A DNA stretch of 64,000 nt. It comes from Eledone cirrhosa (Eukaryota). Below are positions 12,211 to 26,823 of the stretch, one piece after another. A program made the position numbers and the translations under genes. Where the stretch lies: positions 299,832,001-299,896,000 of the forward strand of contig OZ024742.1 in assembly GCA_964016885.1 (NCBI GenBank). Reading direction: 5' to 3'. Below the pieces are notes generated by a model, which searched no databases, was not told the DNA's origin, and saw only the letters and a program-made list of their open reading frames with translations. The stretch's first letter is position 1. The number at the start of each line of letters is the position of its first letter.

Positions 12211-14953
12211 AATAAATAAATAACTATCTGGTTACTGGAAATTTGAAATAAATTGAAGAGAAAAACAAGATGTGCGTGTTTTTATTGGATGGTTTTGCCC
12301 GTAAAATCTTTCCAGTGATTCTTTCCTGAGACATTCTAACGTCACGCCCATAGTATCAGAGCTGTGATCTCTCAATTCAGAGAAGTGGCTGCTCTACCTG
12401 GAGTGATGCTATGATCTCTGAGCTACACACTCCAAAGACGCTTCGGAGGAACCCCATTTCCACCGCTTCTATTCGCGATCGTATTATTTCGGTCATTACC
12501 CAAGATTCAATACATATATAAATAGATATTTAAATACAAATCCTTAAACTGAAGTAGTTTCATTTTTATCAACAATCATAAGGGTAGTTGATTGGCAAAA
12601 TTGTTAGAGCGGCAGACGATTTCCTTTTTTTTATGCGGTATAGCACTTCTCCTTCCAAGTTTAATTCCTGTCGAGGTCAACCTTCTAGATAATCAAGTAA
12701 ACAACCCCTCACAGATACAATTTATATCTTGTGCTAGTGTTAGAAATCAGTGTTTGTGTTAGAGGGGGGAGTGTCCATTCATATTTGTTCCCTGCGTTTG
12801 TTTAAAGAGCAAAATAAATCGCTGATTTTAGTATTTTCATAAATAATATATTTTGCTTCCATTTTAGCTCATTTCTTTCTTCTTGCGAAGCTCTCAGCTA
12901 AAGCAATCTTCGGTCATAAACGGAAATACCGATTGCGCCAGACTGTTAATAATATCTTTATTTCGTATACACTCCATACAATGCACCTGCTTTATAACAG
13001 ACTGGACTGCCACGCTGTTTATAGCAGCCATAAATTACTACAAGAGGACGATAGCGAAACATATTTCCACATGAAAAAATCAGTGTGGTATATTATAGAA
13101 CCTTTACATGGACAAATTCCAAAGACAATAATAGTCATAACATTGTATAAACGAGCAAATAAAGTAATAAATTATAAATGTACAAGTTATTATACTAGAG
13201 TTAAGAGTGATTGATGACAGACATGATAGAATGTTTAATTGGTTTTCAGATTTAGTAATTTCTTTTACGTTCAGAGTTCAAGTCCCATTGCGTATGACTT
13301 TGCTTTTCGTTCTTCCGGACTTCAAGTATCTTGTAACAAGGTTTGCTGTAATATATTCGTCAAACCTATTCACAAGGCCAGGCAGCTTTCATCTATAAAT
13401 AAATCAAAAGTAAGTTATCCCTGTTAGAATGTCAGGTTAAATACCTCGGATTTATTCCGGTTTCCTGCACTCTAATCCTGCTGAACTCAACCTTAACCTT
13501 CATCTTTTCGAGATTGATAAACAAAGTATAAGTGCATGCGGTAAATTAGCGGAATTGATTAAAGTTAGATGGAACGGTTTGCTTCATCTCTTCTAGCACT
13601 GTGTGTCCTGAGTTCAACTTCCTCCCTCTGTTTCCTCATTCCACTTTAATCTGCAGTGAATATCAATAAATTTAGTTTAAAACAGGGCGTTTCACAGGTC
13701 TTGTTAATCATTTGTATTCTATGAACAGTGTGGGAGTGGTGAATTGGTAGTATCGGTAGAACTTCGGACAATATGATTTACGGCATAGATGTACGGTTCT
13801 TTACGTTCTGAGTTCAAATCCCACCGGGGTTAGCTTTGCCATTCATCCTTAGGGGGTCGATAAAATAAAGTGCCAGTAACGCAGTGGGGTCGATTTAATC
13901 GAATTTCCTCTCACCCCAAAATTCCTGGTCTTTTGAAGACGGTGGATTGGTAGTATCGGTAGTATAGGTTAGCTTTACCTATCATCCTTCATCTTTAAGG
14001 GGTCGTAAGCACCATTAATGCACTGGGATCGATTTAATCGACTCCCCCACCCCATATTTGTTGGCCTTGTGCCTAAATCAAAGACCATTATATGAACAGT
14101 ATAAAACTGGGAAGTTTTCCGTCAGCTTTGACGATGAGCATTCAGTCATAAGATTAACAGAACGTACGATTCGTAGCGTTAACGTATATTCATATTATTA
14201 ACATGTATGAAGTAATTATCAAACTGAATCAGCAGGACATAGTGTGTAACAAGGGTGAACCTTTGAATTACATCTACACACAGTTTCTGTGTACCCATTT
14301 CCACATACAAGGCTTGGGCTGACATTAGCTGAAGATGCCAAGCAATGAGATTTAACCAGGAACCTCATGACTACGAAGAGAACTTCTTAACCCCTCAGTT
14401 ATGTCTGTATCGACAACTATAAAATGATATAAAACTATGTGCCACATAATACACTAGGGTTGCTAAAAAAGGGTTTAGTGGTAACAATTACTTTGAGTCA
14501 GGGAATGATCGTCTAGGACTCATTGCTTCTGGAGAATATTTCTTGTATCATAAAAAGCGAAAGCAGAGGGGTAGTGGTTAGGGTGATGGGATTACCATCG
14601 TGTGTTTGTGTTCGATTGGTTGGCCGGGTAGCACATTGTGTCCTTGAACAAGACGCTTCATTTCATGTTGCTCAACTACACTGAGTTCAAAATAATTGTT
14701 TCTACTTTTGGCACAAGTCCAGCAATTACCCCCCAATGCATTACTGGTGCTTTATTTTATCGACCCCGTAAGGATGAAAGGCAAAGTTAACCTCGGCGAG
14801 TGTCAGCTGTAGCTGGGTGTTTACCTTGTGACGGGCTGGTGTTTCGTCCCGATTTGTGCCTCTCAGTTGCTTAACGCTAATGTAACTAAGATAAGCTCCG
14901 GCTCGATAAATCTCTATAACCAGGGACAGTCTTTAACCTTAACTTACAAAAGG

Positions 14954-15106
14954 CAGACTTGTCAACTGTGAGAGATGTCTTCTCTTGTGAAAATGGATAT
15001 AGCTTTCATTATGTAAAATCTCCCCATTTTGCCTCATCTCTCTCATTTGTGGGGCACTTTTTTCCATGGTACTCCCCGTTTGAGATTTTAGAGGTTAGCA
15101 AGTCTG
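14954..15106 (+). mobile_element. MITE (CAGACYTGTCAAC TIR), 7-bp TSD
   Basis: TIRs; flanks caaaagg/caaaatg; homologous to 20515-20709. Confidence 0.7.
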
Positions 15107-15899
15107 CAAAATGAGATACGAATTTTAATTATTAATAAAACTGAATCGTTGTATAATAAAGAGGAAGTATTCAGAATTGCAAATATAAACTTGTAATTTG
15201 TAATGTACTGTTTGTAATGTTTATTAAGTTGTTAATTTCCTGAAGTAATAAAAAAAAATTTCCATTAGTGATTCGTAAATAATATGTAAGGAAATCGCAT
15301 TTATTATTTATTACGCTAATCTAAACTAATGTCCATACAAAACTATATTAAGGTAAAGTTAGAAAATAATTGATATTACGTAATTTTTAAATTCCAGTGA
15401 AAAGCAGCAGATAAATTGGGAATTGTACAAACTCAAACAATTAAAATGTAATTCATATTCATGTTATTAATTGCCTTAATTTTTATTTACTATTTCGGGG
15501 TTTTATATGAAAATTTCAGAAATAGAAATCCGTTTCCTGCCTCGTTAACATAGTCCTAACAATTTAATTGGTAATGTGTTTTCATTCTTTAGACTGCGGC
15601 CATGCTGGAGCACAACCTCGAAGGGATTTTGTCGATCATATCAAACAAGGTATTTGTTGTTATTGTTGTTTTTTCTTATATTTTGTTTTCTTTTCTATCG
15701 TTTTTGTTTTTTCAGGTCTGGTACTTACTTTATCGATCGTGTTGACAGAGCGCTATATTACAATACATAAATAAACAGTAAACCCAAACACAGACACACA
15801 CATACACACTCACACACACACACACACACGTGTGCGTGCGCTCGACACACACACACCACACACATAGACACGCACTTATTATCATTATTATTATTGTTA

Positions 15900-16112
15900 G
15901 GGCGGTGGATTAGCAGTATCGGTAGAGCGTCTGACACCATGCTTTAAGACATAGAGTTACGGCACTGTACGTTCAAATCCCGCCGAGGTTAGCTCTGCCT
16001 TTCATTCTTACAGAGTCGATAAAATAAAGTACCAGTCATGCACTGGGGTCGATTTAAATGACTCCTCCCCTTCCCCCAAATTGCTGGCCTTGTGCCTAAA
16101 TCAGAAACCATT
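15900..16112 (+). mobile_element. tRNA-derived SINE (abundant family; other copies ~10240-10345, 13735-14090, 17140-17350, 33975-34200, 39020-39140, 53845-54185)
   Basis: gttcaaatcccgccgaggtt..tgcctttcatcc..gtcgataaaataaagtaccag..ttgctggccttgtgcc consensus with an (ATT)n tail. Confidence 0.8.
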
Positions 16113-16659
16113 ATTATTATTGTTGTTGTTGCTGCTGTTGTTGTTATTTCAATTTCAGCTTTCTCTACTAATGAACCAAGTTTTTACTCTCCTTGCTCTC
16201 AATACACTAAAAGTTAGTTATTTTCTACTATAGAGTCCATACGCACCCATGCCAAATAGGAACCCTTTAAAATAAGTAGTTTTGTTTCAGAGAACCAGGC
16301 GTGGTTTGGGCTTGATTAGTATCAAAACGTCAACTTTTATAGACATTTAAAGAAGTGTTACACTAGTCAGTAAAAGAACTAACTATACATGCTATATTGC
16401 ATCTGCCAATAAGGAAACTGCATACATAAGAATTTTTTCCATGCGTCTCTTTAGTCAAAGGTCTGAGATATTTCCTTTCATGATGTATGCTGTTGACTGT
16501 AAAGACTTCTTTTTCCATGAGACTCTTTATGGAATGAAACCGTTGTCCTAGAATGCTAAATAGCAGGCTAGTCTGATTCCTGGACACTAACACTGTTTTT
16601 AATTCTTTATTTAATTTATACTTCATTCGTACATTCCTAAATAACAGTAAAACACAACA

Positions 16660-17050
16660 TTCTTACATTCCTGTATAACTCTACAACTTTATATTCTCAC
16701 ATTCCTGTATAACTCTTCAACTTTATATTCTTACATTCCTGTATAACTCTACAACTTTATATACTTACATTCCTGTATAACTCTACAACTTTATATTCTC
16801 ACATTCCTGTATAACTCTACAACTTTATATTCTTACATTCCTGTATAACTCTACAACTTTATATTCTTACATTCCTGTATAACTCTACAACTTTATATTC
16901 TTACATTCCTGTATAACTCTACAACTTTATATTCTTACATTCCTGTATAACTCTACAACTTTATAATCTTACATTCCTGTATAACTCTACAACTTTATAT
17001 TCTTACATTCCTGTATAACTCTACAACTTTATAATCTTACATACTTACAT
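16660..17050 (+). repeat. Minisatellite, 34-bp unit, about 11 copies
   Basis: ttcttacattcctgtataactctacaactttata. Confidence 0.92.
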
Positions 17051-17385
17051 AAGTCTACTAAGTAATATTCTTATATTCTTACATAACTGTTCAGCGTATT
17101 GTTCTTATATTCTTAAGTGATACAACATAATATAATTCTTACTGGCCTTGTGCCAAAAGTAGAAACAATAATTCTTACGGACACCTTGCTTTGCAGCATA
17201 GAGTTACGGCCCTTTACGTTTGGGGTTCAAATCCCGCCGAGATTAGCTTTGCCTTTCATCCTTATGGTGTTGATAAAATAATGCACTGGGGTCAATATAA
17301 TCGATTTTCTCCTCCAAATTGCTGGCCTTATGCTTATAGTAGAAATCATTATTCTTATATTATTACGTAATACTACATAATATCA

Positions 17386-18282
17386 TTCTTACGTTGCTAT
17401 ATAACTCTTATATTCTTACGTTGCTATATATAACTCTTATATTCTTACGTTGCTATATATAACTCTTATATTCTTACGTTGCTATATATAACTCTTATAT
17501 TCTTACGTTGCTATATATAACTCTTATATTCTTACGTTGCTATATAACTTTTATATTCTTACGTTGCTATATAACTTTTATATTCTTACGTTGCTATATA
17601 ACTCTTATATTCTTACGTTGCTATATAGCTCTTATATTCTTACGTTGCTATATAGTTCTTATATTCTTACGTTGCTATATAGCTCTTATATTCTTACGTT
17701 GCTATATAGCTCTTATATTCTTACGTTGCTATATAGCTCTTATATTCTTACGTTGCTATATAGCTCTTATATTCTTACCTTGTTATATAGCTCTTATATT
17801 CTTACGTTGCTATATAGCTCTTATATTCTTACGTTGCTATATATAACTCTTATATTCTTACGTTGCTATATATAACTCTTATATTCTTACGTTGCTATAT
17901 ATAACTCTTATATTCTTACGTTGCTATATATCACTCTTATATTCTTACGTTGCTATATATAACTCTTATATTCTTACGTTGCTATATAACTCTTATATTC
18001 TTACGTTGCTATATATAACTCTTATATTCTTACGTTGCTATATATAACTCTTATATTCTTACGTTGCTATATATAACTCTTATATTCTTACGTTGCTATA
18101 TAACTTTTATATTCTTACGTTGCTATATAACTCTTATATTCTTACGTTGCTATATAGCTCTTATATTCTTACGTTGCTATATAGCTCTTATATTCTTACG
18201 TTGCTATATAGCTCTTATATTCTTACCTTGTTATATAGCTCTTATATTCTTACGTTGCTATATAGCTCTTATATTCTTACGT
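17386..18282 (+). repeat. Minisatellite, 27/29-bp unit, about 32 copies
   Basis: ttcttacgttgctatata(ta)Rctcttata. Confidence 0.93.
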
Positions 18283-18667
18283 AATACTTCATCATCTCGT
18301 TCTTACGTTCTTATATCAATCTACAAAGTAATGTTGTCCTTATATGCGTATATAAAAACTCAACAAGTGAGAGGGATAGATGAATGGAAGGGTGGTGTAG
18401 TTACAAAGAAACAGAAAGAGGGTGGGTTGATACACAGGTAGAATCAACTCATCTACAGGTACTTTATTTATCGACTCCGAAATTACAAAAGGTAAAATCA
18501 GAATCGGCGGGGATTTTAACTCAATACGCTGCATAAATACTGCAAGACATTCTTCTATATGTTCAAATTGCCGCTTATCAAGATTTCTAACAATATCTCA
18601 GTTCGGAGGATGAGAATTTTGTCTTTGAATTGTTTTAATTGTTCATCAATAGGGAAATTTCGCAGTG

Positions 18668-18731
<64 letters not shown>

Positions 18732-18738
<7 letters not shown>

Positions 18739-19145
18739 ACCTACATTCCGCGGGCTCACATACATTCTCTGTGCGTGATTTGGCTCAGTTCAGCCAATCA
18801 GCGCCAGTAGAAGAGGATGTATCCCTACGCGCCCTGAGGAAGAAATTCCCCGCGAAGATTTGAAGAATCTCTCTCTTGTACCAGGAATTTCGAACCAGTA
18901 ACACGCATAATGTAACGGTGAGATTTTGCACCCTAGCCTCGCCCGCTTAACGGCGCAATGGCACATTCCCTTTTGTAACCTCTTTTTATCTGTAACTTCA
19001 ACCATATAAGTTAACAAACATTGTTTGTACTACATCAAAAATAAACCTACATTTCATCACTAATTTCTGCTGTTGAAATCATTATTATGTTACTCGTGTC
19101 TCAATAACATCTATAATCCATGCTGCTGGAATTGGCGACCTGACG
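18732..19145 (+). mobile_element. Possible LTR plus primer-binding-site remnant
   Basis: Starts TGT directly after (TA)n; TATA-like and AATAAA motifs; TGGCGACC PBS-like motif at ~19133; no partner LTR seen. Confidence 0.35.
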
Positions 19146-19312
19146 AAAGGAATATTGTAAATACAGAGATGGTAAATAGATCGAGGGACCTTCCCTCACG
19201 TCTATGTCGACAAGATAATCCAACGAGGATACTATCATTTTACCACACTGTCAACTAACGACCTTCAATCATCTACCCTGTTAAAGTGGCGACCATTCAA
19301 CTTTCATACTGC

Positions 19313-19631
<319 letters not shown>

Positions 19632-19685
19632 TTCAAACTCGTGCACCGTTTCAAAAACATACTTACATGTTTACGTTTATAATTT

Positions 19686-19838
<153 letters not shown>

Positions 19839-19942
19839 AAGAAAGAGAATGGTGTACGTGTGTGTTGGTACTTGAAATGCCATTGTGCTAATTGTGCTTT
19901 AAAAAAATATTATATATATATATATATATGTGTGTGTGTATA

Positions 19943-20041
19943 CAGGGTGCCACAAAAATGTATACACACTTCAACAGCATTATAATGAATATTACCTATA
20001 CAGCTAATCTAAGTGTGTGTACATTTTTGAGAGACACCCTG
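19943..20041. mobile_element. ~100-bp Tc1/mariner-type MITE (CAGGGTG TIR, TA TSD)
   Basis: ta-CAGGGTG..CACCCTG-ta; further copies at 33279-33377 and partial at ~7533-7607. Confidence 0.8.
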
Positions 20042-20066
20042 TATATGTATATATAAATATATATAA

Positions 20067-20108
<42 letters not shown>

Positions 20109-20138
20109 ATAACACGTATATTTATATATATATTTATA

Positions 20139-20197
<59 letters not shown>

Positions 20198-20514
20198 TCT
20201 ATACTTATAATATTGGTTGCAACTAAACAAGCCTCTCAGTAGCAGTAAGATACAACAAACACAATACTAAGACATAATCGGCGCAATTAACTACATTGTA
20301 AAGTTATAATGGTTCTGACTGGAGAAAACATTTATAGAAAATAAAGTCTGCTCTGCATAAACCGTTGTACGTTATATATTAAACAAATAACTAATGGCGA
20401 TTCTGTGGTGACGCCAGGTTTAGTGGTTAGGATGTGTGTCTTATGATAATAAATCGAGGATTCGATTCCCAACGGCGCGCTGTGTCTTCGAACAAGACAT
20501 CAAGACATCTTATT

Positions 20515-20709
20515 CAGACCTGTCAACTCTCCCCGTCAAACGATGAGATCTCTCACGCACTTTCGTGTGGGTGAGAGATGTCTTTTCTTGTGAAAATGGG
20601 TATAGCTTTAATTATGTAAAAGCTCCCCATTTGGCCTCATTCCTCCTCGTTTGAGGGCACTTTTTTTCATGATACTCCCCGTTTCGGTTTTTAGATGTTG
20701 GCAGGTCTG
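20515..20709 (+). mobile_element. MITE with 13-bp TIR and 7-bp TSD inserted into a SINE
   Basis: tcttatt-CAGACCTGTCAAC...GTTGGCAGGTCTG-tcttatt. Confidence 0.8.
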
Positions 20710-21076
20710 TCTTATTTCACGTTGCTCCAGTCAACGCAGCGATTAAAAAATGAGTTGTGTCTATAATTAAAATGTAACTCTGTATGCCATATAGATTCTC
20801 CTAGAGACCTGCGTAACTTGTGCATGTGCATTAAGTGTGTATGTTTATGTGGAATACTCAACCACTCGCACGTTAATTGTATGAGTAAGTTGTTCTGTTG
20901 GCTGCTGAAATACATATCAATATAGATATATAAAAAGATAAAACCTACAAATAAAATCACATAAATCAAACATATAGACTTATATATGTACACAAAACAT
21001 AAAGACAAACACATAAATACACATACACATATATGTATACATATATACAGCCATATACAAGTTCGGATACACACAT

Positions 21077-21187
<111 letters not shown>

Positions 21188-21317
21188 AGTTATATTTAAT
21201 TTGTTGGGAACAACAAGCAAATATTTTTTATAACTGATATAAAGCACTCAACAAATTATTGGAGTAAAAATACAATATATTAACAAATGGAAACTATATT
21301 TATAAAACCATATTTAT

Positions 21318-21376
21318 TTCATTATACATATTTCAAGGACACCAAAGCAAATTATGGTGCGCTTTCATCAGATAAA
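21318..21376 (-). ncRNA. Hammerhead motif (left arm of inverted repeat)
   Basis: Reverse complement of 22551-22609. Confidence 0.65.
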
Positions 21377-21976
21377 ATATAATATAGATCAGTTTTGTAA
21401 ACAAATATTAAAGAATGCAACCATTCGGTTGGAAGCTCCCGGATAGTGGGGTTACTAATTTTATTATTGGTCTATTATGCAAATTAGTGTCGGAGAGGTT
21501 TATGCTTTAGATGTATTCTTATGAAAAACTTTAAACATTAAGACGTTATAGTAAACAAACTTATATTTTAACAGTCACAACTGTATAACAGGTGGATTTA
21601 TAAAATATATAAAATTTATAAACTTATAACTTACTATAAAATAATATAAGATTTTTTTTATAATCTTAATTTTTTATCATCTTAACCTCTATAACATTTA
21701 ATCCTTAGAGCTATCTAAATTACAAATAAATCACTTAATTTCCTTCACGCTGTATTGCTATTACGAAGAAGAGATTACTCTTCGGTAAAATCTCTGAATT
21801 TCCATGGGTTTAGAAACATTCCTATATTTTAAACATAAATTTTTTTATTTTTTATAATTTCTTATTATTTTTATTGATAATTAATTAAAAAATAAATAAT
21901 TAATTGTTGGTTGATGATTAATAATAAATTTATATATGCTTATGTAATAATAACATATATTTTAATAATAATTTTT

Positions 21977-22034
<58 letters not shown>

Positions 22035-22550
22035 TTTTAATAATATATAGATCTCAATTTTTAATTTTTAATTTATAGATCTCAATAATTGAACTGACAT
22101 ATTTAATTGATAAATTAAACATTTAATCAAATTTAAACATTAGATAAAATTCTCCGGTTATTATTATTTATTTATTTATCCACGCTTTATTTACTCCGCG
22201 TAATTCATCCACTATATATTTATTTTTTCGCTTCATCATCTCATAAATTACGTTAATACAACACTCTCTCACTTAGGGTTTTCTCTCTTTCTCTTTCTTT
22301 TGTTTTCCTTCTTTGGGTTTGCTCTTTCTTTTTCTTTTTCTTTTTCTTTTTCTTTTTCTTTTTCTTTTTCTTTTTTCCCTATTCCAAAGCTTAATTTAAA
22401 TGTACTGGGATTTAAACCTCTCCGACACTAATTTGCATAATAGACCAATAATAAAATGAGTAACCCCACTATCCGGGAGCTTCCAACCGACATGGTCGCA
22501 TTCTTTAAGGGTATATCAATATTTGTTTACAAAACTGATCTATATTATAT

Positions 22551-22609
22551 TTTATCTGATGAAAGCGCACCATAATTTGCTTTGGTGTCCTTGAAATATG
22601 TATAATGAA
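22551..22609 (+). ncRNA. Hammerhead motif (right arm of inverted repeat)
   Basis: tttat-CTGATGA-aagcgcacca..tggtgtcctt-GAAA-tatgta-TA-atgaa, then AATAAA. Confidence 0.68.
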
Positions 22610-22650
22610 ATAAATATGGTTTTATAAATATAGTTTCCATTTGTTAATAT

Positions 22651-22715
<65 letters not shown>

Positions 22716-22923
22716 TTTATTATCATTTATTTTGTTTGACCTGTTTAGCTTGATTTGTTTTTTGGCTTAGGTGGTTAATGCCTTCTTAACCACTTTTTCA
22801 GTTTGTATGGCGTTTTAACATATTGTTTAGCTCTTGTTTTTTAACTATTGAGTTAATGCCAGCATTTCTACGATTTTGCGTTTCGTTTCGCTTTTTCTAC
22901 CAGCCGAAATACGATTTTCGCTG

Positions 22924-22964
<41 letters not shown>

Positions 22965-23346
22965 TAGAAGTGGTTACACAGCAGTTAGTTCACCATACCG
23001 AGAACAATTGCTCTACCACTACGGATATTACCTTCCAGTGTTCTACCTCTATATACATACATACATATATATATACATGCATAAAGTTATTCATATATAC
23101 ATATATAGTACACGAAGTATATAAATGTACCGACTGATACACACAAGCACATTCATAGACCTGTACACACACATATATATATTTATATATACTCAAATCC
23201 AGACATTTAAATATAAACATATAGCCATATTTGTATTATAAAAATATCCACACACATACCACCATATAGATAGCTATATGTAAAGATAAAAATGAGAAAT
23301 ATACACAAACACACTCATAAATATAAATTATATATATATAATATAT

Positions 23347-23421
<75 letters not shown>

Positions 23422-24184
23422 TATATGATCAGAAACATAGATAATAAAGTCCAAATGCACCATAGACAGCTCAATCAATACTTGCAAAAAAAAATTTTTT
23501 TCAGATTAGTATATATAAGCAATTTAATAACTTACGTTTTGAATTCCAAAATAAGGGGGAGACGCGAGCAAAATAAGTTTAAAGTAAAGATATTTACACT
23601 CACATCAATTTCCCTTATCAAAACGCAAGAACAATATTAGTTATCTTAGGAAGACTTCAATCATAAGATAACATATATCCATATGATACAAGCGAAAAAT
23701 ACTCACCAGCATGTCTTTAAAAAGCATCAATGTGTTATGCAATGGCTTGGATAAACTCGCCAACAAGTGGACAGGCATGCGATTCATAAAAACGCTAGAA
23801 ATAGCTCACCAACAAACTTGCCAATTGCAAGACCTCAACCAATATGGAGTAGAGTTCAATCAGAAACATGGAGGATAAAGTCCAAATCTACTTATCTATA
23901 TAACCATCAATTTCTCTGTCTGTCTGTTCGACAGTGGAAACACGTGCGTAGAGAGAGAGTGAGAGTGAAAGAAAGAGACAGACTACGAGAGGGGGATAGC
24001 GGGAGGGAGAGAGGGAGAGGGAGAGAGAGAGTGAATAGACGCTAAAACACGTACTACAGAAACATTACCTTCCCCTCTCCACTGACTTTGGTCACTGAGG
24101 CCGAGGGAATCGCTGGTTGCAATAGAGACACCTTGCACAAGCCAGAAGTAACCAGTTCGAGGCGGTTCTGACTTGACACCATGC

Positions 24185-24365
24185 GAAGAAGGTTGCCATT
24201 GAATTTGTGGTTTGAAGAAGGTTGCCATTGAATTTGTGGTTGTTGCTGCTGATAATAAGGACCATTTGAAGAAGGTTTCCATTGAATTTGTGGTTTGAAG
24301 AAGGTTGCCATTGAATTTGTGGTTGTTGCTGCTGATAATAAGGATCATTTGAAGAAGGTTGCTGC
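24185..24365 (+). repeat. Short compound tandem repeat (gaagaaggttgccattgaatttgtggtt units)
   Basis: Four to five imperfect copies. Confidence 0.8.
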
Positions 24366-24911
24366 TGATGAAGTAATTTATTAATCAGATTGCGCAGTTC
24401 CATAACCTACGTTTGATTTGTTCAATTTTTTTCTTCAATTTTTTTGTTGTTTTTTTTTATTTCTTATTGAAAAAATATAAATAATAAAATAAGGTTAGAA
24501 ATTTAAATACAATTAAATACGATTTAATTTCCATTTCCAGCACCCAATGTCCAGTGTTCAATTTCATGAAAAAATTGGAAATAATTCAAAAAATTGAAGT
24601 TTAACTTTTGAACATTTGTTTTAACAATAAAAAAATATTTCCTTATTCACACCTAATGGTATGATTAAAATTTCATAGGAATATTTTTTTCTAACCGCCA
24701 GTTATTTATTTTCTCCTTTTTCGTTTTAACATATATTTATTTCAAAGATTTCACCGTATAGATAACATATATATTTATACATGCATAAAAGACACACCGA
24801 GAGACGGTGAACATGTGGTGCCGAAAACATTTCTCATCTAAATCTCAACAATATCAGTATATACACTAGATTTGCTATCAGAAAACCGCCCACCGGGTGG
24901 TTTTCTGCTAG

Positions 24912-26396
24912 TCTATATATATAAACCTGAGGTTGTCTGTCTGTCTGTCTATTAAAACGGTCGGCACACATCTCCTCCTAAACCGTACGTTCAAATTTCG
25001 GTGAAATTGCTACACTTATAGATGAAAAAAATTTCAAATCGACCCACGCCAAGTGCAAAAATCGAATTTGTAATGTATTGATTTTTCAGTTCAAATGTAT
25101 AAATAGAGATGAGAGACGAGTTATTTCCCTTTTATGGCGTCATTTGTTTATCTATTTACGTTACGAACAAACTACGCGTGCAAAAGTACAAAAAATACAC
25201 GAACAGTTTTCGGGCCAGCAAAATTCATGAGTTCGAAGTTTCAACATTAAGCTTCTATTTTGCTTCATTTCCATTAAAAAGTCTTTTAAAACAATATTTT
25301 TACTTGAAAACAAGCCTATTTGAATACACCGCGAAACAAGCAAATATTTTGTAAAAAAAAGCATTGATCTATATATATAATCTCGAATAATGGCTTATGA
25401 GATTTTCATTTAGTTACCACATGAAAGTCTACACTGTAGACTCTACAATTTTTAAGCCAAGAAAGGAACTTAACATTATAACTTTAACACAGCTACTGAG
25501 TAGCCCCGAGCAACGCCGGGCTTTACTGCTATAGGCGATAAAGTTGTGCAGACAGACTGTCGTGCAGAGAGGTGATATAGGCGATAAAGTTGTGCAGACA
25601 GACAGTCGTGCAGAGAGGTGATATAAGCGATAAAGTTGTGCAGACAGACAGTCGTGCAGAGAGGTGATATAGGCGATAAAGTTGTGCAGACAGACAGTCG
25701 TGCAGAGAGGTGATATAGGCGATAAAGTTGTGCAGACAGACAGTCGTGCAGAGAGTTGATAGGCGATAAAGTTGTGCAGACAGACAGTCGTGCAGAGAGG
25801 TGATATAGGCGATAAAGTTGTGCAGACAGACAGTCGTGCAGAGAGGTGATATAGGCGATAAAGTTGTGCAGACAGACAGTCGTGCAGAGAGGTGATATAG
25901 GCGATAAAGTTGTGCAGACAGACAGTCGTGCAGAGAGGTGATAGGCGATAAAATTGTGCAGCCAGTCGTACAGAGAGGTGACAGGCGATAAAATTGTGCA
26001 GCCAGTCGTGCAGAGAGGTGATATAGGCGATAAAATTGCCTTTTTTTTTGTATTTCTTGCCCATCCAATTTCTTTGTTTCAAAATAACTGACAGTTTGGT
26101 TACGCTGGTGTTTTTCTCTGAGACAAGTGTTGCAGTGTTTACATTTTCGATTTTTGTTAATAGATTACCAGTGCAGTTTTTATCCACAGCATCCTCTTTT
26201 GTTTTAACATTCGTATTATGGTTATGTTTTCTTAACTTCATTAGGCATACTGTTGGTTGAGGGAATATTAATCAAAAGTACCACATGAAAGTCTACACTG
26301 TAGCCTCTACAGTTTTTAAGCCAAGAAAGGAACTTAACATTGTAACTTTAACACAGCTACTGAGTAGCCCCGAGCAACGCCGGGCTTTACTGCTAG
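24912..26396 (+). mobile_element. Non-autonomous Helitron cluster with internal minisatellite
   Basis: 5' TCTATATATATAA starts at 24912 and 25368; 3' hairpin cccgagcaacgccggg plus CTAG|T at 26393-26397; duplicated 3' end at 25418-25531; another hairpin plus CTAG ends at 24911. Confidence 0.75.
25531..26036 (+). repeat. Minisatellite, 46-bp unit, about 11 copies
   Basis: gcgataaagttgtgcagacagacagtcgtgcagagaggtgatatag. Confidence 0.93.
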
Positions 26397-26669
26397 TGCA
26401 CTATAAACATACATATGTTTGTTGGCTGGTGAGTATATTTTGTTTGCATCACATGGATATATGTTATCTTATGATTGAAGACTCCATCTGATGAGAAGCG
26501 TGTCTCATTGATTACCATATACTGACAAAATGGCAAGAGCTCAACTGTAGCGCAGAAATCAGTGTTGAACAAATGAGCAACGATGGTTGCTAGACACTGT
26601 ACGGCTTAATTCGGGATGTTTGTTTACAAACACACCGAGCATTATAATAAATGTTCGGTGAATCCATAC

Positions 26670-26718
<49 letters not shown>

Positions 26719-26756
26719 AAGAAGAAATTAAAAGATGGTTAAAAAAGTTCCATGTA

Positions 26757-26823
26757 TTTTATTATGCGCATTTCAAAAACAAATATCATCCTGGGGCGAT
26801 ATTTCCGTTCTCGTCAGATAGAA
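26757..26823 (-). ncRNA. Hammerhead motif (CUGACGA copy)
   Basis: Inverted copy of 26868-26934. Confidence 0.62.

Larger units (their letters stand above)
21281..22650. mobile_element. Inverted-repeat element (~225-bp arms, each with a hammerhead); PLE remnant
   Basis: 21281-21502 is the reverse complement of ~22413-22648. Confidence 0.75.

Noticed and set aside
13735-16112. tRNA-like A/B boxes (gttcaaatccc)
   Set aside because: These are SINE heads; no cloverleaf could be formed.
17508-18441. LIFLRCYIA / YILTLLYSS repeat ORFs
   Set aside because: Translation of a 27-bp minisatellite.
23983-24403. Gln/Pro-rich ORFs on the minus strand
   Set aside because: Products of a short tandem repeat; no splice or homology support.
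25429-26241. 270-aa repetitive ORF and CRISPR-like periodicity
   Set aside because: It is a 46-bp tandem minisatellite with no unique spacers; the ORF arises from stop-free repeat frames, and there are no cas genes in this eukaryotic DNA.
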